NCBI GenBank assembly: GCA_951406725.2
Contig: OX597820.1
Coordinates: 31,620,001-31,684,000 of the forward strand
Source: Octopus vulgaris
Taxonomy: Eukaryota
DNA length: 64,000 nt
Direction: 5' to 3'
In this document: positions 27,358 through 41,542 of the stretch, in pieces
Layout of the letters: each line of letters begins with the position of its first letter
Position numbering within the stretch: position 1 is the stretch's first letter
Notes under the pieces: model-generated
Told to the model about the DNA's origin: nothing
Seen by the model: only the letters and a program-made list of their open reading frames with translations
Databases searched by the model: none
Position numbers and translations under genes: made by a program

Positions 27358-27971
27358 CGTGTGTGTCTGTGTGTTTGTATGAACGTGTGTGTGTGTGGTT
27401 GTGCGTATGTATGTACGTATGAATGTAAGTATGTATATCTATTCATATATATGTGTATGTATATATTAAAATTACTCCTTATATTGTGATTTATCATCAG
27501 TATTGCGGCATCACCGAGCACTATGTCTTCGGATTAACTCTTGTCACATTGCTGTCAATAGCACCACTAGACTTCCCATTAGTAAGTGATAATCTTTGTT
27601 AAGAAGGCTTATTATCATCGTTCTAGTATAACAGGTGCGGCTTAATGAATTTAGTGCTGTCTCAGATATACCAAGAAATTCTTGTTTGTGCATAGCCATG
27701 AGGGTAAGAAGCTCGTTTTACAATCGTATGAATCCAGGATCGATTCTATTGTGCGACAGCTTGAGAAAGTATGTTCTAGCATGGCCTTGGTAAACCAAAC
27801 AAAAGTATTGTGACTGAAGTTTTGAGTGTGGTGAAGTCCTGTCGGATTCAGTGCTGTCTTTAGGCGTTGGCACACTGGGTAAGTCCCTTGCGGGTCTCAC
27901 GGACTTAGGGGTCCAATTTTGGTCTACGTAATGCTTTGCCTTGCTATCAATAATTAAATACTATAGGAAGG

Positions 27972-28500
27972 CGGTGGGAAAGACTTCCGCCCGTTCCCAC
28001 CCATATTCTGTCAAATTTGTTTATAAAAAAATTTTTTTGCCATAAAAACCCCCATTTTCGGCATTGTTAAATTTTCCCACCACTTCCTTCAAATTCTTCA
28101 ATTTTGACTTTCTTCCCCAACACTAATCCTAACCCTAACCCTAACCCTAACCCCAACCGTAACTACAGAAATGTAGTCATAATGTCGGTATTTTTCAGCA
28201 TATTTAGAAAAAGAAAAAATTCTTAAAAAAACATTTTACAAAAATTTTTGGGAATTTTTTTCGGAATCATAATCTCCGTATTTTTCCGCATATTTTGAAA
28301 AAAAAAAAAAATTCTGAAAAAAGTAAAAAATGAAGGAAATAGGGTGGGGGTGGTAATTTAAAAATGCCGATTTTGCCAATTTCTTTGCAGATTCGTATTC
28401 CCCGCAGCCGAAAAGCGAGGTTTGTGTCGAAAAAAAAATTTTTTTTAAGGGTGGTTTTTTCTGGGGTTGGACGGGCGGACGGGCGAAAGTTTTGCCAGGG
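27972..28500. mobile_element. MITE-like element with internal (CCCTAA)n, inserted in a family-B SINE head
   Basis: Imperfect terminal inversions (ttccgcccgt / acgggcg), telomere-type repeats at 28123-28158; SINE head split as gaaggcggtg...gtgagctggcagaatcg. Confidence 0.55.
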
Positions 28501-29054
28501 AGTGAGCTGGCAGAATCGTTATCACGCCGGGAAAAATGCTTAACAGTAAAATGCTTAGCGGCATTTCGTCCGTCAAATACCGTCAAGTTTGACCATTTCT
28601 TTCATCCTTTACGGGTGAATAAAATAAATACCAGTTACGCATTGGCGTTGATGTAATCGACATACCCCACCAAAAATAAAAAATAAAAATCAGTAATTAA
28701 TTACTATTAGTGTCCAGTGCATCGTTCCATGACCGAGCTCGTTGTACGATTTACTCAATTTTCCCCATTGAAATTAAGTAAAATATAATTAATCCATTCC
28801 AGCTCCCCCAAAATAATTTTTTATGGGTTTTAAAACAGAAAAAGTGTAGTTACAAGTAAAATAACAATTATAAAAAAAGAAAATGCAAAAGAAATATGTA
28901 AACTGGTTTTATTTACTGAATTACCTTAAAGATGGGACTATTTGTGTGCACGTACTGCGGATTTCCGTTCGTACTCGAAGAAAAAAATTCGAACGAGTCT
29001 CGGCTCATACAGCAAATTACTCATACCATGGGGCACTTGTACTGCGAGGTTCTA

Positions 29055-29139
<85 letters not shown>

Positions 29140-29142
<3 letters not shown>

Positions 29143-30352
29143 CTGGGTGCTGAAACGACTGCTCAACCACTTAAATGTGGAAGTGATATATCTCGACTTT
29201 GCAAAGGCTTTTGATAAAGTCGATCATGGAATGATATGTTACAAACTGCGTGATCTTAGCATAGTTGAAAAACTGGGAGAATGGCTTCATGACTTTCTGA
29301 AGGATAGAAGTCAGGTGGTAGTAGCCATTAACACGCAAATAGTGAGTGGTGTTCCGCAGGGCACTGTTTTGGGACCACTACTGTTCATAATGGCCCTCTC
29401 AGACATGCCCTCAGCCACGCAGAAAGCCACGATCACAAGTTATGCAGATGATACAAAAGTTTCACAGGCAATACAGAACCCTGAAGACACTAAACGCCTG
29501 CAATGTGAGCTGGACAAAATATACAAGTGGGCTGAAAAGAATAGCATGCAGTTCAATGCTGAAAAGTTTCAAGCTTTATGCTATCAGCATGCAAAACTAA
29601 ATGCAATACCCAATGAATACACTGGACCCGGAGGAATTGCAATCCCAGAGGCACAATCAGTGCGTGACCTGGGTATTTACATGAGTGATGACGCAACCTT
29701 TCGTGTACATGTTGCTAAATTGGCAATGAAATGTAGACGACTGGCCGGATGGATTCTTAGAACCTTTAGAACAAGAGAACAAGAAACCATGATGGTCCTC
29801 TGGAGGACACTTGTCCTAAGCCACTTTGACTATTGCTCTCAGCTATGGTCACCATCCAGTGTCAAGTTGATCACAGAACTTGAGGCGATCCAACGTAGCT
29901 ACACGAAGAAGATAGCCTCTGTGCAGCATATAAGCTACTGGGAAAGACTCAAGAGATTAAAACTCTATTCCTTGGAGCGTAGGCGAGAAAGATATGCCAT
30001 AATATACATCTGGAAGATCCTGGAACGACTTGTCCCAAACTTTGGCATCGAGAGTTACACAAATGCCAGAACTGGGTGCCACTGCGTGGTGCCAAGGACT
30101 CCAAATTTGCCATCAAGATGTAGGACAAGATACTGTGATAGCCTGGGCTTCCGAGGCCCACAGCTCTTCAATATCCTCCCGAAGAACCTAAGACACCTGC
30201 ATGGGGTGGATGCAGATGTCTTTAAAATGAAACTGAATCTCTTCTTGTCAGGTATCCCAGATGAACCAACTTCACGGCAGGAGGTGCAGATGAGGGCAGC
30301 TGCATCGAACTCTCTCATGCACCAAATGGCAGTTGCTAAAAAGCATTCGTGA
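29140..30352 (+). CDS. LINE ORF2 reverse transcriptase (C-terminal ~400 aa, stop-free but 5'-truncated)
   Basis: [57 protein letters not shown]; the upstream part of ORF 28883-30352 is (TA)n read-through. Confidence 0.9.
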
Positions 30353-30440
30353 AGTAAAACCATGTAGCAACACCAAATGGCGGTGCCCCAGCATGGCCAC
30401 AGCTCGTGAGCTGAAACTAGATAAAATAAAATAAAAAAAA
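29140..30440 (+). mobile_element. 5'-truncated CR1/L2-group LINE with 3' UTR
   Basis: RT ORF followed by ggcggtgccccagcatggccacagctcgtgagctgaaactaga(taaaa)n. Confidence 0.92.
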
Positions 30441-30459
30441 TATATATATATATGTATAT

Positions 30460-30589
<130 letters not shown>

Positions 30590-30614
30590 TATATATAAAA
30601 TATATAATATATAT

Positions 30615-30747
<133 letters not shown>

Positions 30748-30842
30748 ATGTATATTGATAGAAATCGTAAGACAACAAAAGAATGAAAGACATTATGTAA
30801 ATAGAGGAATTTATCTGTAAGTGACAATTATTCGGTAGCCAT

Positions 30843-30903
30843 GATAAAACCCTGAGTTTCGGATGTCGGGGCGGAAATCCACACCTCCATCTCTTCAGTT
30901 ATC
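30843..30903 (-). ncRNA. Type I hammerhead motif (left arm of the palindrome)
   Basis: Minus: GAUAA-CUGAAGA-GAUG...CAUCC-GAAAC ucagg GUU-UUAUC. Confidence 0.6.
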
Positions 30904-30967
30904 CGGCCATCGGAAAAAATGCTATGAAAAAAAACTCTATGAAAATAGCATTTTTTTCCGATGGACG

Positions 30968-31028
30968 GATAACTGAAGAGATGGCGGTGTGGATTTCCGT
31001 CCCGACATCCGAAACTCGGAGTTTTATC
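30968..31028 (+). ncRNA. Type I hammerhead motif (right arm of the palindrome)
   Basis: GAUAA-CUGAAGA-GAUG...CAUCC-GAAAC ucgga GUU-UUAUC. Confidence 0.65.
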
Positions 31029-31054
31029 ACAGCTACCGAATAATTGTCACATAT

Positions 31055-31107
<53 letters not shown>

Positions 31108-31848
31108 CAATCACAGATCGACAGTAGGATAAAATGAGAGGATTGTTATAGATAGGATATCTTCATCATTGGTATTCCTCATTAGGGGTCAATATGGGGT
31201 CAAACAAGAACCAATGAGAAAAACATTATAATTTGTCGTTCGACCTGCCCAAAATGGTAGCTAAATGTCATAAACCCTATATATCATAACATACACCCTA
31301 TATACACAACCACATAAACATACAAACACATATGTAAGTATATATGTCTGTGTATTAAAACTAATGAAAATTGTGAAATATACCATAATCTACCATGTGC
31401 ACAAATTTCATTAACATTGAAATAGCAGAAGGCCAAAACATTGGGGTGGCCTAATACTTTTGGCCAAGTCTGTATAAATAAGTAAATATATATATATACA
31501 TATATATACACATACATAGATGAAACAGGGACAGCTGAAGAAGGAAATATTCTTTATGTTGTATGTCTCGTTTCTCTGTTTTATTCGTTGTTCGATAAAA
31601 AGTTCGTTTCCATGTTTTTGCTTTTATGTTTTCGCTTCTTATTGTGTTCAACCTTGTACCCATATACGCATGCATATATATACGTATATATGTAGGTATG
31701 TACATATATGTATGTATATATGCATATATTTATATATTATATATATCATATATATATATATACATATATATATATATTTACATATATATATATGTATGTA
31801 TATATATATATATATATATAAATATATATATCTATATGTATATATATT

Positions 31849-31916
<68 letters not shown>

Positions 31917-31934
31917 AGTGTGCGTAAACGTACA

Positions 31935-32203
31935 TACTACCACCTGTGTCATCTCTTGTGAAAGGTAAGAGAGTCCAGTTTGCTGGACATTGTTGTAGAG
32001 CTGAAAAAGAGGTAATTTCTACTCTTCTCCTCTGAAGCCATCTACCCGCAATACCAGAGGGATACTCTCCTACCCTGATGTAAACTCCAGGGATACAGGC
32101 ATCCAGCAACAGGACCTCCGTAATGCCATGATGGACCGTGAAGTCTGGCGTAGCATGGTAAATTCCATTGTCTCGACCACGGTCGAACAATGATGATGAT
32201 GAT
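31935..32203 (+). pseudogene. RTE-like LINE 3' end with (TGA)n tail
   Basis: [21 protein letters not shown]...[15 protein letters not shown]; frameshifted in this copy. Confidence 0.8.
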
Positions 32204-32638
32204 TTGTATTTACATTTATTTCATTATTGATCATTCAAATTTGTAGGACAACTCTACCTCACTATTACCTTTTATATTCAACTTACTTAGACGTATAATA
32301 TAGTGTTATTGTAGTTTTGCCTATTTACACCGCATGCATGTATTTCTTGATTTAAGCAGAACAGTAAGCAGAAATAATTAGAAATTACAGACGGGTGGAT
32401 GCAGATGTCTTTAAAATGAAACTGAATCTCTTCTTGTCAGGTATCCCAGATGAACCAACTTCACGGCAGGAGGTGCAGATGAGGGCAGCTGCATCGAACT
32501 CTCTCATGCACCAAATGGCAGTTGCTAAAAAGCATTCGTGAAGTAAAACCATGTAGCAACACCAAATGGCGGTGCCCCAGCATGGCCACAGCTCGTGAGC
32601 TGAAACTAGATAAAATAAAATAAAAAAAAATATATATG

Positions 32639-32684
<46 letters not shown>

Positions 32685-32716
32685 TATAAAATATATGATA
32701 TAATATATATATATAT

Positions 32717-32770
<54 letters not shown>

Positions 32771-32815
32771 TAATATAATATATATATATAAAATATATAA
32801 TATATATATATATAA

Positions 32816-32925
<110 letters not shown>

Positions 32926-32998
32926 ATGTATATTGATAGAAATCGTAAGACAACAAAAGAATGAAAGACATTATGTAAATAGAGGAATTTATCTGTAA

Positions 32999-33226
32999 GT
33001 GACAATTATTCGGTAGCCATGATAAAACCCTGAGTTTCGGATGTCGGGGCGGAAATCCACACCTCCATCTCTTCAGTTATCCGGCCATCGGAAAAATGCT
33101 ATGAAAAAAACTCTATGAAAATAGCATTTTTTTCCGATGGACGGATAACTGAAGAGATGGCGGTGTGGATTTCCGTCCCGACATCCGAAACTCGGAGTTT
33201 TATCTCAGCTACCGAATAATTGTCAC
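32999..33226. ncRNA. Duplicate of the twin-hammerhead palindrome
   Basis: Copy of 30821-31050 within the tandem duplication. Confidence 0.6.
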
Positions 33227-33230
33227 ATAT

Positions 33231-33269
<39 letters not shown>

Positions 33270-33910
33270 CAATCACAGATCGACAGTAGGATAAAATGAG
33301 AGGATTGTTATAGATAGGATATCTTCATCATTGGTATTCCTCATTAGGGGTCAATATGGGGTCAAACAAGAACCAATGAGAAAAACATTATAATTTGTCG
33401 TTCGACCTGCCCAAAATGGTAGCTAAATGTCATAAACCCTATATATCATAACATACACCCTATATACACAACCACATAAACATACAAACACATATGTAAG
33501 TATATATGACTGTGTATTAAAACTAATGAAAATTGTGAAATATACCATAATCTACCATGTGCACAAATTTCATTAACATTGAAACAGCAGAAGGCCAAAA
33601 CATTGGGGTGGCCTAATACTTTTGGCCAAGTCTGTATAAATAAGTAAATATATATATATACATATATATACACATACATAGATGAAACAGGGACAGCTGA
33701 AGAAGGGAAATATTCTTTATGTTGTATGTCTCGTTTCTCTGTTTTATTCGTTGTTCGATAAAAAGTTCGTTTCCATGTTTTTGCTTTTATGTTTTCGCTT
33801 CTTATTGTGTTCAACCTTGTACCCATATACGCATGCATATATATACGTATATATGTAGGTATGTACATATATGTATGTATATATGCATATATTTATATAT
33901 TATATATATC

Positions 33911-33942
<32 letters not shown>

Positions 33943-34009
33943 TTACATATATATATATGTATGTATATATATATATATATAAATATATATATCTATATGT
34001 ATATATATT

Positions 34010-34079
<70 letters not shown>

Positions 34080-34095
34080 AGTGTGCGTAAACGTA

Positions 34096-34370
34096 CATAC
34101 TACCACCTGTGTCATCTCTTGTGAAAGGTAAGAGAGTCCAGTTTGCTGGACATTGTTGTAGAGCTGAAAAAGAGGTAATTTCTACTCTTCTCCTCTGGAA
34201 GCCATCTACCCGCAATACCAGAGGGCGCATACTCTCCTACCCTGATGTAAACTCCAGGGATACAGGCATCCAGCAACAGGACCTCCGTAATGCCATGATG
34301 GACCGTGAAGTCTGGCGTAGCATGGTAAATTCCATTGTCTCGACCACGGTCGAACAATGATGATGATGAT
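34096..34370 (+). pseudogene. RTE-like LINE 3' end (second copy, open frame)
   Basis: ORF 34109-34360. Confidence 0.8.
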
Positions 34371-34614
34371 TTGTATTTACATTTATTTCATTATTGATCA
34401 TTCAAATTTGTAGGACAACTCTACCTCACTATTACCTTTTATATTCAACTTACTTAGACGTATAATATAGTGTTATTGTAGTTTTGCCTATTTACACCGC
34501 ATGCATGTATTTCTTGATTTAAGCAGAACAGTAAGCAGAAATAATTAGAAATTACAGACGGAAAATTCAGTAGGCCAAGGTGTGTTGGTGCCGCATGAGG
34601 TCTATACAAGAAAT

Positions 34615-35003
34615 GGTGGAGGCGCAATGGCCCAGTGGTTAGGGCAGCGGACTCGCGGTCATAGGATTGCGGTTTCGATTCCCAGACCGGGCGTTGTGAG
34701 TGTTTATTGAGCGAAAACACCTAAAGCTCCACGAGGCTCCGGCAGGGGATGGTGGTGATCCCTGCTGTACTCTTTCACCACAACTTTCTCTCACTCTTAC
34801 TTCCTGTTTCTGTTGTACCTGTATTTCAAAGGGCCGGCCTTGTCACTTTCTGTGTCACGCTGAATATCCCCGAGAACTACGTTAAGGGTACGCGTGTCTG
34901 TGGAGTGCTCAGCCACTTACACGTTAATTTCACGAGCAGGCTGTTCCGTTGATTCGGATCAACCGGAACCCTCGTCGTCGTAACCGACGGAGTGCTTCCA
35001 TCC
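34615..35003 (+). mobile_element. Family-C-headed SINE with an alternative 3' tail
   Basis: Perfect 11-bp TSD atacaagaaat (34604-34614 / 35004-35014). Confidence 0.9.
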
Positions 35004-35093
35004 ATACAAGAAATATAGTTCTTCAGGTAACTTTGCAGTGAACGTGGATAATAACGCTTATGAATTACATGCTCTTATTCTTTTCTCTTTTGT

Positions 35094-35457
35094 TCTTTTA
35101 CTTGTTTCAGTCATTTGACTGCAGCCATGCTGGAGCACCGCCTTTAGTCGAGCAAATCGACCCCAGGACTTATTCTTTGTAAGCCTAGTACTTATTCTAT
35201 CGGTTGCTCTTTTGCCGAACCGCTACATTACGGCGACGTAAACACACCAGCATCGGTTGTCAAGCGATGTTGGGGGGACACAGACACGCATATACGACGG
35301 GCTTCTTTCAGTTTCCGTCTACCAAATCCACTCACAAGGCTTTGGTTGGCCCGAGGCTATAGTAGAAGACACTTGCCCAAAGCGTCACGCAGTGGGACTG
35401 AACTTGGAACCATGTGGTTAGTAAGTAGCTACTCACCACACAGCCACTCCTGCGCCT
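35094..35457 (-). mobile_element. Family-A SINE with unexpanded internal microsatellite
   Basis: Centre is only cacagacacgcatatac. Confidence 0.92.
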
Positions 35458-35979
35458 ATACATTTATAGCTTTTACACGGAATGTACCAAATATGCAGTA
35501 AATGCGAACTTCTGCATAAATGAAACCTATCGTCCCTTGACAAATTTTAGAAAATGTATGTAACCTGCTTATAGGGTCATGTAACCCTGTCTAAATATGC
35601 ATATAATCTGGTAGTTTTGAATACTTATTCATGTAGAACATGTATCAAAGTGGGGGTTTTCTTATGGAAAATGACATAACATAGGATAACAAGTGAATCA
35701 TCAATTACGACAGATTATGCATATTAAAAGTAATCAAATTTTTAGGAAGTGGTAGTTATAATTTTCTCATTTCCTATTATTTCGGCATTTTAATTACATC
35801 CTCATAATCACATTATCAACATTCATCATGAAGGCGCAGGTGTGAGTGTGTGGAAAGAAGCTTGCTTCCCAAATACATGGTTCTGGGTTCAATCTCACTG
35901 CGTAGTACCTTGGACGAGTGTCTTCTATTACAGACAAAGCCTTATGAGTGAATTTGGTAAGGACACTGAAAGAAACTCG

Positions 35980-36015
<36 letters not shown>

Positions 36016-36138
36016 GTATAGAGTGTTAAGTGTGATGTACAGAAATGAATATTGATAAAAAAATTTGTCAGAATTTTTGGAAAAAAATCCTTTTATTTCG
36101 TTATTATTATTAGCGCTTTCGTTCCTTTCTAGAATTGT

Positions 36139-36180
<42 letters not shown>

Positions 36181-36222
36181 CATATATTCGTGTTAATGCG
36201 TATCTGTACGCTTGTATACGTT

Positions 36223-36306
<84 letters not shown>

Positions 36307-36530
36307 CCAGCATTCAACTGGTACTTGTTTCAACGACAGCGAAAGGGTGAACGGCAAAGTCGACCACGGCGGAATTTGAACTCAGAACGTAAAGAAGCAC
36401 GAACTGCTAAAAAACACTTTGCCTGGTGTGTTGACGATGCTGCCTTAGTTCTGCCAAATCTTAAAAGATATTCACACACACACGCACACACACACACACA
36501 CACACTCTCTCTCTCTCACACACACACGTA

Positions 36531-37889
36531 TACTAGCAGAGATACCCGGTATTGCTCGAGATTAAAATGGCATAGTTTGTATATATATTATAGTTATGTT
36601 GAAATTGTTGATACGGGAAAGTGCGGCATTGACGACAAAATATTTGTTGAGCAAATGATGGGCTAATTCAACAAAGCTACTTCTCATGCGTCCGCTTGGA
36701 ACATTCCAGGCCCTACACAGGCATAGAAATTGGGGGTGGCGGAGTATGTGATTTTTAAACGCATCGAAAATATGTCAGTGGATATGCTTTCCTTTGCGGC
36801 AGTCAACGCTGCGTCTAACACGATCCATCGTCTGAAGTTTGGCACCTCCTTCGAGTTTGTTGTCCTACATCTCTGACGAAGTAAATTTGGAGTAAGTGTA
36901 GTTGTTAATTTGTGGGTAACAGGGAACCAGTGAGGTGATAGAATTGCCCTTGAACTTTGAACTTTGAACGCTGCCGTAAATCTATGGTCAACTATTTCTT
37001 TAGATGCACCAGACGATGTCATTTGAAATGCAGAGTTGTATTGTCTGATATTGTTAAGAAAATCCTTGGACTGGATGGAAGTGTCTTCTAGAAGATCTAT
37101 AAGATGTTGAGAAGAAGCTGGTCGTGCTGGCAATCTTACTTACTGCCTGAAAAGAGCATGCCAATAGTTTCATTTGGAATTTGGGGAAAGTCTCATCTCC
37201 CATCTGACGTGCTACAGCATGCGTTTACTGATCTTGAGAAAGTATCATCTTGCTTTTCTTGAGACTGCAGTATGCCTTTAGACTTTTCTTGAGACTGCAG
37301 TATGCTGCAGTATGCCTTTACTGATGTTGAGAAAGTCTCATCTCCTTTCTGTATTGAGACTCCATATGACGTGCTACAGCAGCCTTTGCTGATCTTGAGA
37401 AAGTGTCATCTCGCTTTTGTCTTGAAATTCCATCTGACGTGCTGCAGTATGCACCTGCTGATTTTGAGAAAATCACATCGCCTTTCTCTCTTGAGATACT
37501 CGCCTTCGGTTTTCTACAACCCTCCTTGCTTTATAGTTGTTTCTGGAGAGATTACGTCTTTTCTTTGGTGGCATCTTTCAATATTGTGAACAAAAAATTA
37601 TGAACATAGAAAAAGTTATACATTCATCTGTGTTTTGTAAGCAGATGTATGTATGTATGTAGTATAAACAATATCATAGTCTTATCAAAAGTGAAAGAAT
37701 CAAAGTGAAACAATATTATACCACTGAAAACAAAATCAGAAAGATTGTATGGAGCGGGGCTTCATCCCCTTATAATGGACAAGGTCCAAAATTCTCCTCC
37801 CCCACCATCCGGGACATTCTACGAGTAATGAAAAACCTTCATGCTAAATTTGATACAGATTGATGTAGCGGTTTGGCCATGCATAGAGG

Positions 37890-37900
<11 letters not shown>
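36531..37900 (-). mobile_element. Internally deleted Helitron with Rep relic
   Basis: 3' CTAG end at about 36533 with a nearby imperfect hairpin; SKDFLNNIRQYNSAFQMTSSGA Helitron Rep motif; ~60-bp tandem repeats at 37190-37500. Confidence 0.75.
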
Positions 37901-37933
<33 letters not shown>

Positions 37934-37959
37934 GCAAACACACACACGCACAATGAATT

Positions 37960-37991
<32 letters not shown>

Positions 37992-38444
37992 GCACTCATG
38001 TTTTGAGTTCTGTTTTCACTGTCTGCATCGCCAACTTATACACACACACACACATATATATGTACACACTCATATACACACACACACATACACACATATA
38101 TACGCATATCATACATATATATATATATATACATATTATATATAAATACACATATATATATGAAGATATATACATGCATGCCTATATACATATCTATATA
38201 TATATATATAAATATATATATACGTGTATATATATGTACATGCTTACATGCATATACATATTTACATATGCATACATGCACACACACAGTTATAGAATTG
38301 TGTGTGCGCGCGTGTGTGAGTGTGTGTGTGCGTGTGCTTGCAGATATTGTATACACATGTCAGCATTTCCGCTTTGATTTTGATTCTAAGACAAATCGAC
38401 CGAAGACTAAAACCCTCCATTACCATCACAGCCATTATCGCCAC

Positions 38445-38695
38445 CATCACCTTTACCACCACCACCACCACCACCACCACCACCACCACCACCACCACCA
38501 CCACCACCACCACCACCACCTTCACCACCACCACCACCACCAACACCACCACCACCACCACCACCACCACCACCACCACCACCACCACCACCACTACCAC
38601 CACTACCACCACTACCACCACTACCACCACCACAATCACTACCAACTCCTCCGCCACCACCACCACCACCACCACTACCACCAACACCACCACTA
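38445..38695. repeat. (CAC)n trinucleotide repeat
   Basis: Seen directly. Confidence 0.97.
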
Positions 38696-39049
38696 CCGAC
38701 ATCAAATTTCCTCCGCCTGACCATCAACCTGACACCTTTTGTGCTATTTCCAGACGCCTTTCTGCCACATCAACTTCTTAGAAGAACATTTTTGGTTAAA
38801 AATATGGTCAGATAACAAACCACAACAACAACAACAACAACAACAACATTAACAACATTAATAACAATAACAACAACAACAACAACAGCTGCAGCAGGAA
38901 CAAAAACGGCAACAACAAAAACACCTTTTGTCTGGCCATCAGAAAACACTTTGCTGGTTGATGGACACGTCTGTCTGCTTATTGTGTAGCTGGAACAGAC
39001 TTGAAAGGACATCCGTACCAATGGCTTACACACACAAGACATGTGTGTT

Positions 39050-39086
<37 letters not shown>

Positions 39087-39679
39087 ACACATACAGATTC
39101 GCATGCATGAACACATATACACATACACACGAACACTATATATGAATGTACCTGCATGTGTGTGTGTGTGTGTGTGTGAATCTTTCTAGCAATGGCTTTG
39201 CTCGTATACGAGAAAGCAGCTAAGATGTATATATATATATGTATGTTTATATATATATATATATATATATATTTGTGTGTGTGTGTGCGTGTGTGCGTGT
39301 GTGCGTGTGTGTGTGTGTGTACATATATATATGTGCATGTATATATCTATATATTTCATATGCATATATACATATATATATATATGTATGTGTGTATATA
39401 AATGCACACGCCCTTACATGTGTTCGTATATCAAAATGTGGATGTTTAAGTGTGTGTGTCTGTATGTGTGCGTCTGTGTGTGTTCCGTGTATGTCAATAT
39501 GCGTAGGTCCATTTGCACTTAAGAACCGTTTTATATATGCTTATAACCGAGTTCTACATATGCGTATGATATACATACATACATATATATATATATGCAT
39601 ACCTACATATACATACACGCATACATATATTAAAGATATATTTATATTATTTGATAAACACAATGTTTTTATGTGCTAC

Positions 39680-39762
<83 letters not shown>

Positions 39763-40116
39763 CATATATAAATATATAATTATTGTACTGTATTTACATT
39801 ATAACTATATGTAGGACAAGGCAAAAATCTGTGTAATCTTTCATAATTCTCATTATAATACAATGAAATGCAACCTTTAACGAGATTCCTTTGATTATAA
39901 ACCAATAGCTACATAAATGAGGTTTGTTATAAAATTTATGTATATTGTCTCTTTGTACTAAGTTGTCTAGACAAGCGAGCCAGCGAGTGAGATTCTACGT
40001 TGAAGGCCGACCAGTTTGCTAAAATAGCAGTCAAATCTCTTTGAAATCACGTCCTAACGACTTAGTAAAGAATATAGTCTAACCAGTTTGTCTAGGTTCC
40101 GTTGCATATCGTTTAT

Positions 40117-40570
<454 letters not shown>

Positions 40571-40719
40571 GGAACGATTACGGCTATTATTGGTTTATTA
40601 TTGTTTATTATTACGAATATATGGGGTCAGCAAAATGTTTTAAGCTCCTAGGATCTCTATGGGTCTCAATCCGACCATGAACAAATGCGTTATGCACCAC
40701 CACAACCAAAACCATTACC

Positions 40720-40751
<32 letters not shown>

Positions 40752-41059
40752 CAACAAGACAGTGTTGTAACGGCCGGAATGCTTTTGTATCCCGAATCAG
40801 GACTGACTGAGGGCTGATAGATATCATGGTCTTCGCTTTTGTATTTTATTTGCAAGATTCTTGATATAAAATCGTGAGCTGAAATTGATGTTTTTGGGAG
40901 GGTCATACTGTCAATAAAAGCCCACGAACTGGTTATGTTTTTTTTTTCAGCTTTTCACTAATTGCCAGGTGACACACAAGGCTTCAACACTCTCTTTCTT
41001 TCCCCCTCTTTCTCTCTTCCCATGCTGCCCTGTCAATAAATATGGTTTGCACCTGGTTC

Positions 41060-41380
41060 CACGTTCCTATTCCACATGCCGGCCTCTGATTTTCAGCATT
41101 TCTTCTCCAGGTGTTTTGGGGGTCTTCTGAACTTCCTTCTTCCTTCAAAGACTCAAGTGATGGTTATTATGCAATCATTATTGGTATCATAACCTCAGGT
41201 TGTAGCCAATGTACTTCCACCTTGTCCGTACTTCGCTGCTCATGTTCTCCATCATCCCAGTTCTCTCAAGCACGGCATCATTCGTTGTATGATCTTAAGT
41301 ATCAGCCTCAGATATCTGGCCTGGAAGACGTCTAGCTTCTATTTGTCTCATGTTGTCGTTTCTTAAATTTCAACATCTTT
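41060..41380 (-). pseudogene. Old RTE-like LINE fragment
   Basis: KLDVFQARYLRLILKI / TNDAVLERTG...RWKYIGYNLR / RKFRRPPK, with frameshifts. Confidence 0.6.
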
Positions 41381-41542
41381 ACCAATATTTTGAACTGTCC
41401 CGGTTTCATTTCAGTCGTATCACCAACTAATTAAATAATTAGTCCAGTGGACCATTGGTTAATTGATTAGTCTAGCAAAGTCTTTTGCTCACAAGACCGG
41501 TGAAAAAAAAAGCAAATCAAAAACAAAACGTCAGAACAAATA

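Noticed and set aside
28883-29139. N-terminal part of the 489-aa ORF
   Set aside because: In-frame read-through of flank and (TA)n into a truncated LINE; not a genuine start
37190-37500. Spaced ~60-bp repeats resembling a CRISPR-like array
   Set aside because: Degenerate tandem units without unique spacers, inside a Helitron; eukaryotic context, no cas genes
38407-38727. Poly-Gly/His/Thr ORFs
   Set aside because: Translations of (CAC)n
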